From: Lytechinus pictus
Lineage: Eukaryota
Direction of reading: 5' to 3'
Length of the DNA stretch: 64,000 nucleotides
Assembly (NCBI RefSeq): GCF_037042905.1
Contig: NC_087250.1
Coordinates: forward strand, 8,992,001-9,056,000
Shown: positions 50,003-61,900 of the stretch, piece after piece
Layout: every line of letters starts with the position of its first letter
Position numbering within the stretch: position 1 is the stretch's first letter
Program-made: the position numbers and the translations under genes
The notes under the pieces: model-generated
The model's input: the letters and a program-made list of their open reading frames with translations, nothing else
Database searches by the model: none
What the model was told of the DNA's origin: nothing

Positions 50003-51089
50003 TAGGCCTAGAACATTCAGGACTTAGCAAGGCTTTAGCCTTAGGACAGGGATAGATCTATCTAGATCTACATGTAGGTCTAGAATAGATCTGACTTAGA
50101 CCAAAAGCTTCAGTCTCCGACTCTATTTTGGTTGTTCCGCTATAAGCACGAGTACGGCACCCGACAGTCTAACTGTAACGTTACGTTGGCCTAGTCTCAC
50201 CAATGTGATATGACAGTAAATGTCAGAAACTTTTAAATAAATCCCCAGAAACGACGGTTATTCCTGTCTACAGTGCTAGATCTTTTACTAATGCTATGCA
50301 TTGCTTTCCAACTACGCCTAAAGTTAGATCTAGACTAGTCCTAGAGTCTAGACATGTAGACTACTCCTGTTACTTTTAGGTCCATCTGTTTGTTTGGAGG
50401 AGTTTTAATTTATACATTTTGGGGACTTGTTTAGATCTAGGTTTCCAGGACTAGAAAACATGCCTAAACCTAGACCAACAGCTCAGTCTAGCCTAGGGCC
50501 TATATTTTATAAGAATTTAGATCTAGGCGGCCTAGCCTGTGCTTTCTTCTATTCATTCTAGATTATATTTCTAGCCTAGCCGGTAGCCCTAACTTTAGAA
50601 CTGGCTGATCTAGTCTACTGTTTGATCTAGAAATCTCTCTAACCTAGGCCTAGATCTAAATTAAATGACTTAGACTAAAAGTTAGACCCTATCTAGATCT
50701 AGAACTAGATCTATATCAATATAGGTGTACATAGACCTAATAATAGGTCTAGATCTAGACTAGAGGCTTGTAGATTCTATCTCAATGTAGATTCTAGATC
50801 TAAAAATAGTTAATGTAGGCTAGATCCAGTCTAGGCCTACTTCTAAGCATCTTACGTTAGGCCTGAAAAAGGAAGTAGGCTAGGGATCTAGCATTGGATT
50901 ATTTCTAGGACTAAAGGATCTTGATCTAGGGTTAGATCTAAAGCTAGGGACTGTAGTTCGAGATCTAGAGTAGAGGTATAGCCCCCCCCCCCAAAAAAAA
51001 AAAATAGAACTAAGCCCACACCTACATGTAGTTCTCTATGTAGCCAAACAAAAGTTAGCATTGACAATTGTCTGTAATCTTATTTTGGC

Positions 51090-52470
51090 GTATGTAGTTA
51101 CCATACAAACACATATCTTGATGAATGATAAAATGTTCTTGCAGATTATTTTTGCTCAAAACCTACATTTAATGAGCATATAGGCTAATGTCATAAAATG
51201 AAGAAGTAGTTCAATCCACATCATGCAGTTTACACTTTTATTGATTTGATATGCAGTTACCATGGCAACACATTTTCCAATATATATCATGCAGATCTAT
51301 ACCTCAAAATCAACCTGTGAGCCAACTTTTATAAGAATTGGTTAAAAACTAATAAAGGGGTTCGAACCACAAGATTTTCACCTAATTTCATTATATTATA
51401 TGTTCTTAATACCTTGGCAACATGATTTCTGATACAGACAAAAATAGTCTTGCACATCTTCAACTCAAGACTAATGTGTGTGCCAAATTTCATGAGCATT
51501 GTTTGAAAAATGATGAAGGAGTTCGAAGTACAAGATTTTCACCTTATTTTCGTTATATAATATGTTGTTACCATGGCAACACGATTTCTGATACAGGCAA
51601 AAATATGTCTTAGACATCTTCAACTCAAGACTAATGTGTGTGCCAAATATTTAGGAGAATTGACCAGTTGGAAACTGATAAAGTAGTTAAAATCACAAGA
51701 TTTTCATCTTATTTTTGCTTTTTTATTTGTTACCATGGCAACACGATTTTTTATAAAGGCATAAAATATAATTCTTTTGCACATCTTCACATCAAGACTA
51801 ATGTTTGTGCCACATTTCATGAGAATAGGTTAAAAACTGAGGAAGTAGTTGGAACTGCAAGATTTTTACATAATATACTGTTACCATGGCAACACAAATT
51901 CCGACACATGCAAAAATGTGTCTTGCACATCTTCACCTCAAGACTTATGTCTGTGGCAAATATCATGAGAAATGGTTGAAAAATTATAAAGTAGTTAAAA
52001 CCACAAGTTTTTCACCTAATTTTCGATATTATGTTGTTACCATTGCAACGTGATTTTTTTTAAATATACTTTAGGCATAGAATATTTTTGCACATCTTCA
52101 CATTAAGACTAATGTCTGTGCAAAATTTCATGAGAATTGGTTAAAAACTGAGGAAATAGTTGGAACAACAAGATTTATACATAATTTTTGCCATAATATA
52201 ACGTTACCATGGCAACACAATTTCCGACACATGCAAACATGTGTCTTGCACATCTTCTCCTCAAATCCAATGTGTGAGCCAACTTTCATGAGAATGGGTA
52301 GAAAACTGATGAAGTATCTTAAACGGCAAAATTTTGGCCATAATATACTGTTACCATGGCAACACAATTTCTGAAAAAGCAAAAAAAAATCTTGCACCTC
52401 CTTACCTTGAGACCAATGTGTGTTCCAAATTTCATGAGAATCGGTTAAAAACTGAGGAAGTAGCTCGAAA
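51090..52470. repeat. Tandem array of ~150-160-bp units each containing GTTACCATGGCAAC
   Basis: About nine diverged units; exact motif at 51256, 51567, 51729, 51880, 52203, 52350. Confidence 0.85.
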
Positions 52471-52903
52471 TGCAATATAGGTATAAATTCTAAAAAAGTG
52501 TTGGCCATGAATTGTTTGATTTAAACCAGGCTTAAACTACCCCCTGCGCGAGTTAACTTTTTGAGGATCTATTACCACACTTAGACCAGGGTTAACTTAA
52601 ACCTTGCTATCGGAATACGAAACTTGAACCTAGGTTTAAATATGGCAGTTTATTACCACACTTAGACTAGGGTTAAGTTAAACCACGCTATCAGAATACG
52701 GGCCAATCTGTTTAACCATTGGCGCAATGAGCCAAACATTTTCAGGGGGACGGGAAATGACGTATGTAGGGGGGGGGGGGGGTTCGAAAAGTGCGAGTGA
52801 GAGAAGCAAGCAAGGGAATTTTTTACCTTTGTTATTTGAACAAAAATGAATTTTGTGATTGATTTTGACATACCTATGCTAAAGAACATAGTGTGATCAC
52901 AAT

Positions 52904-53143
52904 GGGTGATTTCAAGTCCGGTGTTGGCCTTGGTGTTGATGTTGGTGTTGAAATTTGGATTGCTTCCCCTAGCCCCAAAACTTATTCAGAGTTTGCAAAA
53001 CTGATCCAGATCACATTAATGACATTTCAACAACTAGTGAGTGACTTTTTGTGACCATCTTCATTTTATGTTTGGTGTTATAATCGCGTAAAAATTGACC
53101 TAACACCAACACCAAAAGGTCAACGCTGAACTTGAAATCACCC
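52904..53143. mobile_element. Harbinger-like MITE
   Basis: GGGTGATTTCAAGT / ACTTGAAATCACCC inverted ends. Confidence 0.6.
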
Positions 53144-53279
53144 AGTGTGTTTACATAGTGGGCTGTGTGAAAATATTATTCACACTGATAAAATTTAACA
53201 CTGTGAAGGTGAACACACTGCGGCACACACTTTTGGACACTTGGTTCGTTCTATCAGGGACTATTCAACTTTATATCAA

Positions 53280-54150
53280 ATAATAAATAATAATATAGGA
53301 TTTGTATAGCGTACGTATCCCACCTTGCTAGGTGCTCAAGGCATTCTTATATTACCCCGGATAAGCTAGTCTACCGATTCCGGTGCGCACAGTTTTTTGA
53401 GGAATTACTTCCTGCTGGTACCCATTTACCTCGCCTGGGTCGAGTGCAGCACAGTGTGGATAAATTTGTTGCTGAAGGAAAACACGCCATGGCTAGGATT
53501 CGAACTCACGACCCTCTGTTAGAAAGGTGAGAGTCAGAACCACTAGACCACGACCCCGGGGGAGGGGGGGGGGCACTTCCATTGACGAGTGGATACCATG
53601 CGCGACCATGGGGTCTCAAAAAGCACCCTAAATACGTATTTTTCATATTCCCTTAACAAGTATTGGCGTGTGAAACCATACCCTTAACAAGTATTGGAAA
53701 CAAAACGATACTCTTGGCAAGTATTATTCCCTGAACCCCTAAACAAGTACAGCGATATTTTAATTGTATGTCACGGACGTCGGTCGTCGTAAGGTTTTAC
53801 CTTTAACTACATCATTTGGTTTAGTACGGCCCCATGCACCTCCCACACCTCGCGTAAATCGTACTCTAAACACGTAGTGTTGACTGTTGGGGCAAACAGT
53901 ACATCCTGTATAAAACATTTTAGTCCTAATTTTCTATACCCTCGCAAATTTGACCCTAAACACGTAGCTATCCTAGCGAATAAAGATATCCTTTTTTTTC
54001 CTTATTTTAGTGTTTTTGACACCCTTATTACGTTACATACGTAACGTGCCCTATCTTGAAAAAGACACCATTTTTACGTGTTTTTGGGGTCGCGCATGGT
54101 ATCCACTCGTCAATGTAAATGGCCCCCCCCCCCGGGACCACGACGCACCC
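53280..54150 (-). mobile_element. tRNA-derived SINE with its head interrupted by a CCCGGG element
   Basis: Body at 53280-53554 (B-box GAGTTCGAATCC, central domain); the first bases of the head resume at 54137-54150. Confidence 0.8.
53555..54136. mobile_element. CCCGGGGG-TIR element, 8-bp TSD
   Basis: Exact TSD ACCACGAC (53547-53554, 54137-54144). Confidence 0.88.
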
Positions 54151-54964
54151 ACCCACATTTTCCCCTTTGGCCATTAATTCGTTTTATTTTATTTTCTCCA
54201 TTAATTTTCTTGAAATCTGTAGGGGAGGGGGGGGGGGACATGGCCCCTAGACCCCCCCCCCCCCGATATTTACGCCAGTATTTTTAGCCCATGTCAGATT
54301 ATATGAAAAGTAGACCAACTGCCTGTGGACCAAGTGAGTATGAATAAAATGGTCAGGAGAGGGTGTGGAGAAGACACTGGAGGGGTATATATGGATGGAC
54401 AACAGGGGGAGGATATACATGTTATAAGTAACAGAAGTGAGCTTGAATAAAAGAGAAGGAAAATGGCTTGAGGGTGTGGGCGTACGTGAGGATGGTTGAG
54501 AGAATGCAGGTGCTTGCAAGTGTGTGTGAGTGTGTTTCTCTGTGTATGCAGGAGAGAGAACGACAGACTTGAGAGGGGGATAGAAAGAGAGGAGAAAAGG
54601 GACGGGGACTGTCAGCTGAACAAGACAGTGTGCTTGTGTGTGAGGGTGTGCTTGTGTGTGATGGTGTAGGGGCGTATGTGTGTGCCTGGGATGGTGCGTG
54701 TGCGTATGTTTGTGTGTGTGTGTGTGAGGGGGAAGAAACAACTCTGAATTCGAACTCACGATCACGCTGTAAATAAAATAATGCTCTAATAATATATTTT
54801 GCAAAAAAATCTAGTTTTATAAACCTAAATTTTGATTTACTTTGGGGCTATTGACTGATTAATTACATTAATCTTTATTTTAAAAAAAACCTCACACACA
54901 CATTAGAAAGAAGGAGATCCCATCACTGTTTTCCATATGCTTTGTGTGATTCATGTTTAAAAAA

Positions 54965-55100
54965 TACATCAGTAATTATTAAATTATTACATCAGTAATC
55001 ATGGTAATTATTAAATCATTACATCAGTAATCATTAAATAATTACATCAGTAATTATTAAATCATTACATCAGTAATTATTAAATCATTACATCAGTGAT
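54965..55100. repeat. 23-bp minisatellite (ACATCAGTAATTATTAAATCATT)
   Basis: About five or six tandem units read directly. Confidence 0.85.
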
Positions 55101-57144
55101 ATCATCATCATCATTGTCAGTGTGTTGCTGTTTATGCTTTATGTCCCATAATATTAATTACGTGATATTTTCTAATCAGAGAATTGCTTTATACTTGATT
55201 GTGCGGACTGCGCTGGATGATTAATTTTGATGGCAACATCTAAAATCTCGAAATAAACACTATCGTTCTTATTCTTGTCACTTTCACCTTTTTTCGTCAT
55301 CTCATATATTTTTTACTTTTCTCTGACTTGATCAACATTTTTTTTATCATTACCCTCTCTATGACCTTATATTTGTTCCGAATTTAAATTTCATGATTTT
55401 TTTTTCGAGTATTTTTTTTCCCGAATATGCCTAGTTATAAAAGAAAAATGAAATCTTATTTATTACAAAACTACCTTTAAATGTAACAGGTTGAAATTGT
55501 AAATAAGAATATATTTGCGTTTGTGTATGCAGGTGTTTGATAACGAATAATGTGTGTCGATGTTGATGTATGTGTGTATGCTTTAAATATACCTGTCTTT
55601 TATTGATTGTTCCTATAGTACTTTTAAACAACAATAAAAAAAAAATCACATTTACTCAACTTAATGGTGATTGGCTTTCAATATAAGGCACTGCCTTTCT
55701 GCCTCTCCTAATAATTTCATTTGTACATTTGTATTACTTGTTTTATATTTTTTCTTTATTCCTATGTCTAAACCCCTTTATATGTATGTGTATATAAATT
55801 GTTACATGCTTTAATAAAAGCATTGAATAAATGAAATGAAATGAGTCAATATGTCAGGGATACTGCGTTGGTCCCACGCCATCTACGATGATTCCTGTAG
55901 AGAAATGTTATCGTTTAAAAGGTGATCCATTTGTGTGTGTGTGCATGTGTGTGCGGGTGAATGTAAATGATTTAAATAGAGGCTGATGCATTGACAAATG
56001 GAGAATAGTTTCTTGTCAAGCAAAGGATACAGACAATGATAAAATAATTATTTTCAATCATGCATGTATTTAAAAAAAAGCAGTTTTCGTGGAAACGGGG
56101 TTGACTTCCTGAATCTCGCCAGGTTCAATTCCAAGGCCGGCGATAAGGGGGGGGGGGGGGGGTTTGGGCATCGAGGTGATCGTCCCTAGCATTTTCAAGT
56201 GGTGAAAAGGGAGAATTATGAGGAAGAAAAGGAAGAGAGAAAAAGGGAAGGGGGAAGACCATCAGTAAGATAGTTATTGCTCGTCTAATACTGCCTCTGG
56301 GTAATGCAATTGAAAGAAAATTGGCCGTCACCCCCCCCCCACTCCTCCTCATATCAAAATACACTACCAGCACGGCCAAAAAGACGAGAAAATCCTGTTT
56401 CCCGTCAAATTAACTTGTGTGACGTCCTCTTAGCTTATAGTAACATTTCACGTACATGGTTCACAGTTGCACTGTAGTTCTAGAGGAATTCGCCGACGTA
56501 ACAGTGTAGTATCTACGGCAAAGACCTTATAAGGGTAATTTTGTGTGCAACGAACTTTGGGCATTTCTTTTGGGCATATATATTTATCCAGTGTGATGAG
56601 AATTGCGCCCATTCAAAAGTAAATTCTGCTAATTTTTTGGTAAACCTTACTAGACAATATGCTTCCCGCATTGGGCAAAACACTACCCCGAACTGCTTGG
56701 ACACATAATTACCCTCGCGCTGGTTAAAATTTTACCCATCATTTTTTTTATACAATGTACCATTCCGCATTGCTCCTCATCGCATTTGACTTGGAAACGA
56801 TTTAAGCTTTACTATTGCTAAATGCACCTCACAACACAATTACTACCAAACCAACCATATTCTAGTTATTTTGATTAGGTTGGCATAATGTACAATTGTA
56901 ACAATGAAGATGAAGTTGGAAAATCAGTCGACTGTTTTTGAATTTCGACATCTTAACAATGAACGAAATTGACAATTTTCCTCGCCCATACACACAGAGA
57001 AAAAGTCAAAGTAAATTGTAAATATTAAAATCATCGGAATAGTATTATTCAAGTAAACTACATTTAAAGTGTAAATGTCTGCGAGTTATAAGATGTTGTT
57101 TGCTCGTGACCTGCTATAGAGCTCATAGATCGTTGCTAGTGGTC

Positions 57145-57255
57145 TTAGGCTGTTGCTTTTCCCGCCTTAATAGCCTTAACTTCCCGCGCAAGCTGGCATT
57201 GTGCACACGGCTCCAAAAAAGTAGACAGACAACAGTCGCTGACAACAAAAAGAAA
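57145..57255 (-). CDS. Second PLAC8/cornifelin-type terminal exon (paralogue fragment or alternative last exon)
   Basis: FLFVVSDCCLSTFLEPCAQCQLAREVKAIKAGKATA-stop aligns with the 36643-36536 exon; phase-0 acceptor CCTTCTCCAG; no upstream partner exons seen in the window. Confidence 0.65.
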   Translation of the reverse strand, partial: FLFVVSDCCLSTFLEPCAQCQLAREVKAIKAGKATA

Positions 57256-57979
57256 CTGGAGAAGGCAGACAGGTGAAGGGGAAAGAAATCCGAAAATCGA
57301 ACATCCATCCAAGGAGTGAGAATCTAAAACAGAAGGAGGCAATAAATGCGGACAAACAAAATGAATAAGAGAAGAAGAAAGCAAATTTAAGGAAGAGAAG
57401 CTGACAAAAATCCGAAAGCTCATCAGCAGCAATATACACAACCTCAGTAGGGAAACGAGATACTGTATTTCATAAATCTCCAAGTGCTTAAGATGTACCA
57501 GCGTTTCCTGACATGCATACGAGGAAGAAAACGGCTATCTTCGGTAAGTTATCTGGATTTTTTTGGTACCATTTAGCTTGTCAATATAGAGCTTCGTGAT
57601 TCAAGTCGACTTTTTTGTTGTGGCAATTATTAACATTTAAATACAACTTAAATTGATTATATCTTTGCATTTCTCTTTTATATATCTTAATCATCAGATG
57701 CTAGCACTTTACACCTTTCTGCATATATCGGCTCTTGCGTGTATAAAAGCTGAGTTATATTATGATGATTATTTTAAAATCTATATCTACATCACCCAAA
57801 CGTCCCAACCTCTCTCCATCGGGTTTGTTTTATTGGACACATCTGCTGGGTGTTTGTTTAAATCACAAAATCATATTTTCGTTTGACACTTCCAAATTGT
57901 TCACTCGCTCTATTCGCTCGTACGGGACCCATTATCAGAACTACCCAAACGCCGTCTTCTGCAACCATTGGAGGGGGTG

Positions 57980-58910
57980 TTACACCTACAAATGTAATAA
58001 TCGCCCACAAATGTAATAATGCCAACAAATGTAATAACGCCCACAAATGTAATATCACTTTACCCACAAATGTAATAGCCCCCACAAATGTAATAACACT
58101 TCACCCACAAATGTAATAATTTCACCCACAAATGTAATAATGCACTTTACCCACAAATGTAATGACTTTTGATCGCCCACAAATGTAATAATGACTTTAC
58201 CCACAAATGTAATAAATTTGAAGGGAATTTTGGCGAATCCGTTCTAAACTAAAATCCTATACTAATACGTTCATATAGCACACAAGTGCAAAGTCTTTTT
58301 TCCAGACCCGGTTTATTAAAAAAATTATAATTTAAGTCCAAAGTCTTTATTCCAGAACCGGTTGTTTCAAAAATTATAATATAAGTCCAAAGTCTTTTTT
58401 TCAGACCCAGTTGTTTCAAACATTATAATATAAGTCCAAAGTCTTTTTTCCAGACCCGGTTATTTCAAAAATTATAATATAAGTCCAAACTAAGATACGA
58501 TAATGATATTCTAGTGGAATAAAAATAAGAATCGAGCTTAGTCTTTTCTCCAGACCCAGTTAATTAAAACTGGTGGAATAAATGTCTTTGTTGTTGTTTT
58601 AACTTATACGGCGCGTATTGTGAATATATGCGATAAGAGTAAATTGAGAATCAAGCGTAGTCTTTTCTCCAGACCTGAAGACCTGGTTACTCAAAATTAA
58701 AAACTAAAACCCTTTACCCACAAATGTAATACATGTAATTTCACCCATAAATGTAATAATGCACTTAACCCACAAATGTAATAATGACTTCACCCACTAA
58801 TGTTATAAATTTGAAGGGATTTTGGGCGAATCTATTCTAAACTAAAACCCTATAGTAATGCGTTCACATAGTGCAAAGTCACAGTCTTTTTTTCTCCAGA
58901 CCCGGTTATA
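57980..58910. repeat. CCCACAAATGTAATAA tandem units plus CCAGACCCGG 60-bp units
   Basis: Read directly; the 60-bp units are shared with 5199-6307. Confidence 0.8.
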
Positions 58911-58919
58911 TAAAACAAT

Positions 58920-61900
58920 CTTCATTTTTTATTTCATTTTTCATTTCATTTATTTCACATTAAAAACCAAAACACACAATTACAAAAGAAAGAAAAGGAA
59001 ATTACTCCATGTATATATATAAGAGAGAGAAAAAAACATACAACAAAATTAAAATATGGTATATAATGTGACTGGGGCTAGAAAAGGAGAATACGAGAAT
59101 GAAGGAGAGGCCCACCCCGGGAGCACGTACGGTCAGAGGCGTTAGGCACTCTGACCGTGACAAACTAAGCTCCCGGAGTAGCTCTCTCCTCCAGTGAACA
59201 CTTTAAAATCAACCTGATAGAAAGTAAGGGGGGGGGGGGACAGAAAAAAGGGAATTAAAACAAATTACACACTGATTTTGATTGATGATTATTTAGAATT
59301 GCACATATACCTTTTGTATTTCATCTTAACTCTTTAAGAGCCATTGGCAGCTATAGTTGCCCAAGTAACTTTTTTTTTGTTTAACCAATTTTACAGCCAG
59401 AAAATCAACACCATATTTTGTGTTTTTTATGTTGTTATTTTGGCAAGGAATTCACAATTGATTTTGTCATATAAAAAATAGTGGTTTACATAGACATTTT
59501 TTGAGTAAAATGGGATTTTCGCAACATTATTTTGAAGAGTTGATTTCGGATATTGTCGCGATCTGAATCAAGATTTTCCCTATAGACACGTGTGATATAA
59601 ATGTTGTGTGTAGCAATACACGTACTTCTACGGGCAGAGCAAAGGCGAGTGTGCGAAGGCATTCAGCTTGGAGTTGACCAATGACAGAGCGGTACTATGT
59701 CTCTCACCCAACACTACTCGCCCATTCGCTATTGTTTTATGAATATTCATGAGCTATCGATCGGGTCTTTTGCAGGCCGGTATGGTAGTATTCTTGTGTC
59801 AAGGTTTTTTTCTGCCTGCAAATGTGCACGGTTTGGGGGAGATTTTTTTGGGGGAGGGGGGGGGGGGGCGGGGGGAAAGGTCTCGTTATAAATATATGAG
59901 TAAAGAAGGCTATCATTTCCAACTCTCGTCGCACTGCAATCATCACACTCATTTATTTATTCATTTATTATTGTTATTATTATCATTATTAGTTTTACTT
60001 TTATCGTAATCATTATTATCATTATTGTTATTGTTATTATTATTATCATTATTATCATTATTCTTCTCCTTCATCTTCTTATTATTATTAATGTTATTGC
60101 CATCAGAATCATCATCATTATGATTATTATTCAAAAGTAATTCTCGTAATCATATCAATTGCATTCCTTCTGTAGCCAAACTCTATCTTCATAAACTTAA
60201 GATCAGTTAAATAACGGTTCATATTCGTTTGTGTTTTTATAGCCCAAACCATAAAAAAAAAGAATGATTGACATTGTTATGCTTATCAATATCATATTCA
60301 AACTTCTCACAAAAATATGAACCGTTCAATATTCTCCTCGAATAAAATAGGAAGAAGCAAAAAAAAAATGTGATAATTAAAAAGGCCGATAATACCACTT
60401 TATTCGTCCCAAGATTTGTTTTTTTTGTTCAAGGTGGATGTTTTTCCTTTGCTAAATCAAACCATTGGTCAGGGAAAAAGTAAACGGAGTATATACAGTA
60501 ATATCAGATGTTTTGAGGAAAAGAAAGAAAGGGATTCATTAACAAAACCGATCAGACCGACCTGTTAGTTGCTGCATCATTGACGTCACTATCAAGGGGA
60601 TTTTAAAACGACTTTAGAGAGTAGAAATGAAAATGATAACGACGATAACGGATTGAATATTAATATATTTCTTTATACCAAGCATATTATTGTACATTAT
60701 GCTATCTGAACAATTTTTTTTTTACCATGGATAGTTCTACGAGCTGGGGAGGCCCTGGGCGGATGCAGGATTTTTCTGCAGGGGGAAAATTGTTTTCTCT
60801 TTACCAGGGTCACCCATAAAAAAACAACATGTAAAAAGAAATAAATACCGGAACCTTTGAAAGTATTCAAAAGTCAAATCAAAAGACGCCCATGAGCCCC
60901 GATTTCTATGAACATCCTGTGCTAAATTACTCTCCTAGATAATAGATCAGGAGGGAGCGCGGATAAGAGATTCCTCATGAAAGAGAGTCTGGGCATCTAT
61001 TGTTTATGACTTGGTGGCATGAACAAAAGAATGTAGTTGCGTAGAATGTTAACAGGTGGCTACTTTGGTCAGACCAGTAATACAGAACAAATAGGCCTAT
61101 TTTCTTTTTGAAAATTTGTATTGATTTTTTTGTTTGTAACTGATCTGCATTTCCTCTTCTTTGATTCACGAAAAATAAACATTTGTTTATCACTTCTGTG
61201 CACTTTGCCATGAACGCCCATATTATTTTGTGGGATTTTATACCCCAAACTTGTAAGTATTGAATCTGTCCGACCCCTCTTTATCTATATTTCAATACAT
61301 CATCTTTAGTTCTTTTATATTTTGTCTCCTTCTGACTGGCAATAACTTTGTTTGTTACACTACGAATAAAAAAATTACACAGTCTTATTTTGACGACTAC
61401 ACGAATGAAAGGGTTCGGTTGGCCGCACTTTGAAGATACATGGCGCTAATATATTATTGTGTGTGTTTGCATGGGGATCGCAGCTGTGCTGTGATTGGTC
61501 ACTTGATTGACGACAATGTCCTTTTTTGGAACAGGTCGCTTTCAATTGCGTGTGTATATATACTCTCTCGTACTTCAGAGGAAATAACTTGAATAGCAAA
61601 ATAGAATTTCATTAAGAGCATTATTTTTCGTTATTTCTGTTTATTCAATTTCATCAATAGATACGTCATTTGAAAGGGTAAACATTGAACTTTCATTTTA
61701 TCTTCTTAATTTCTAGGTATCTCTACAATTCCTCAGGTTATTTACTCTTTGAAATGTTCATGAAATCATAATTTTCTAGGTTTTACTAATTGAAAAAAAA
61801 AACGATGTAAAATATTACATCTTTTCTCCATTTTTACAAACGCGAATATGAAAGATAATAACACGATCATAAAGCCCATGAACCATGCATCATTTCATGT

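Larger units (their letters stand above)
48971..52704. mobile_element. PIF/Harbinger-like non-autonomous element, 3.7 kb
   Basis: TIR GGCCCGTATTCTGATAG / CTATCAGAATACGGGCC; 3-bp TSD AAT (48968-48970, 52705-52707). Confidence 0.8.

Noticed and set aside
54247..54804. 185-aa His/Thr-rich ORF
   Set aside because: Derived from TG-rich simple sequence and a poly-C run; no recognisable domain.
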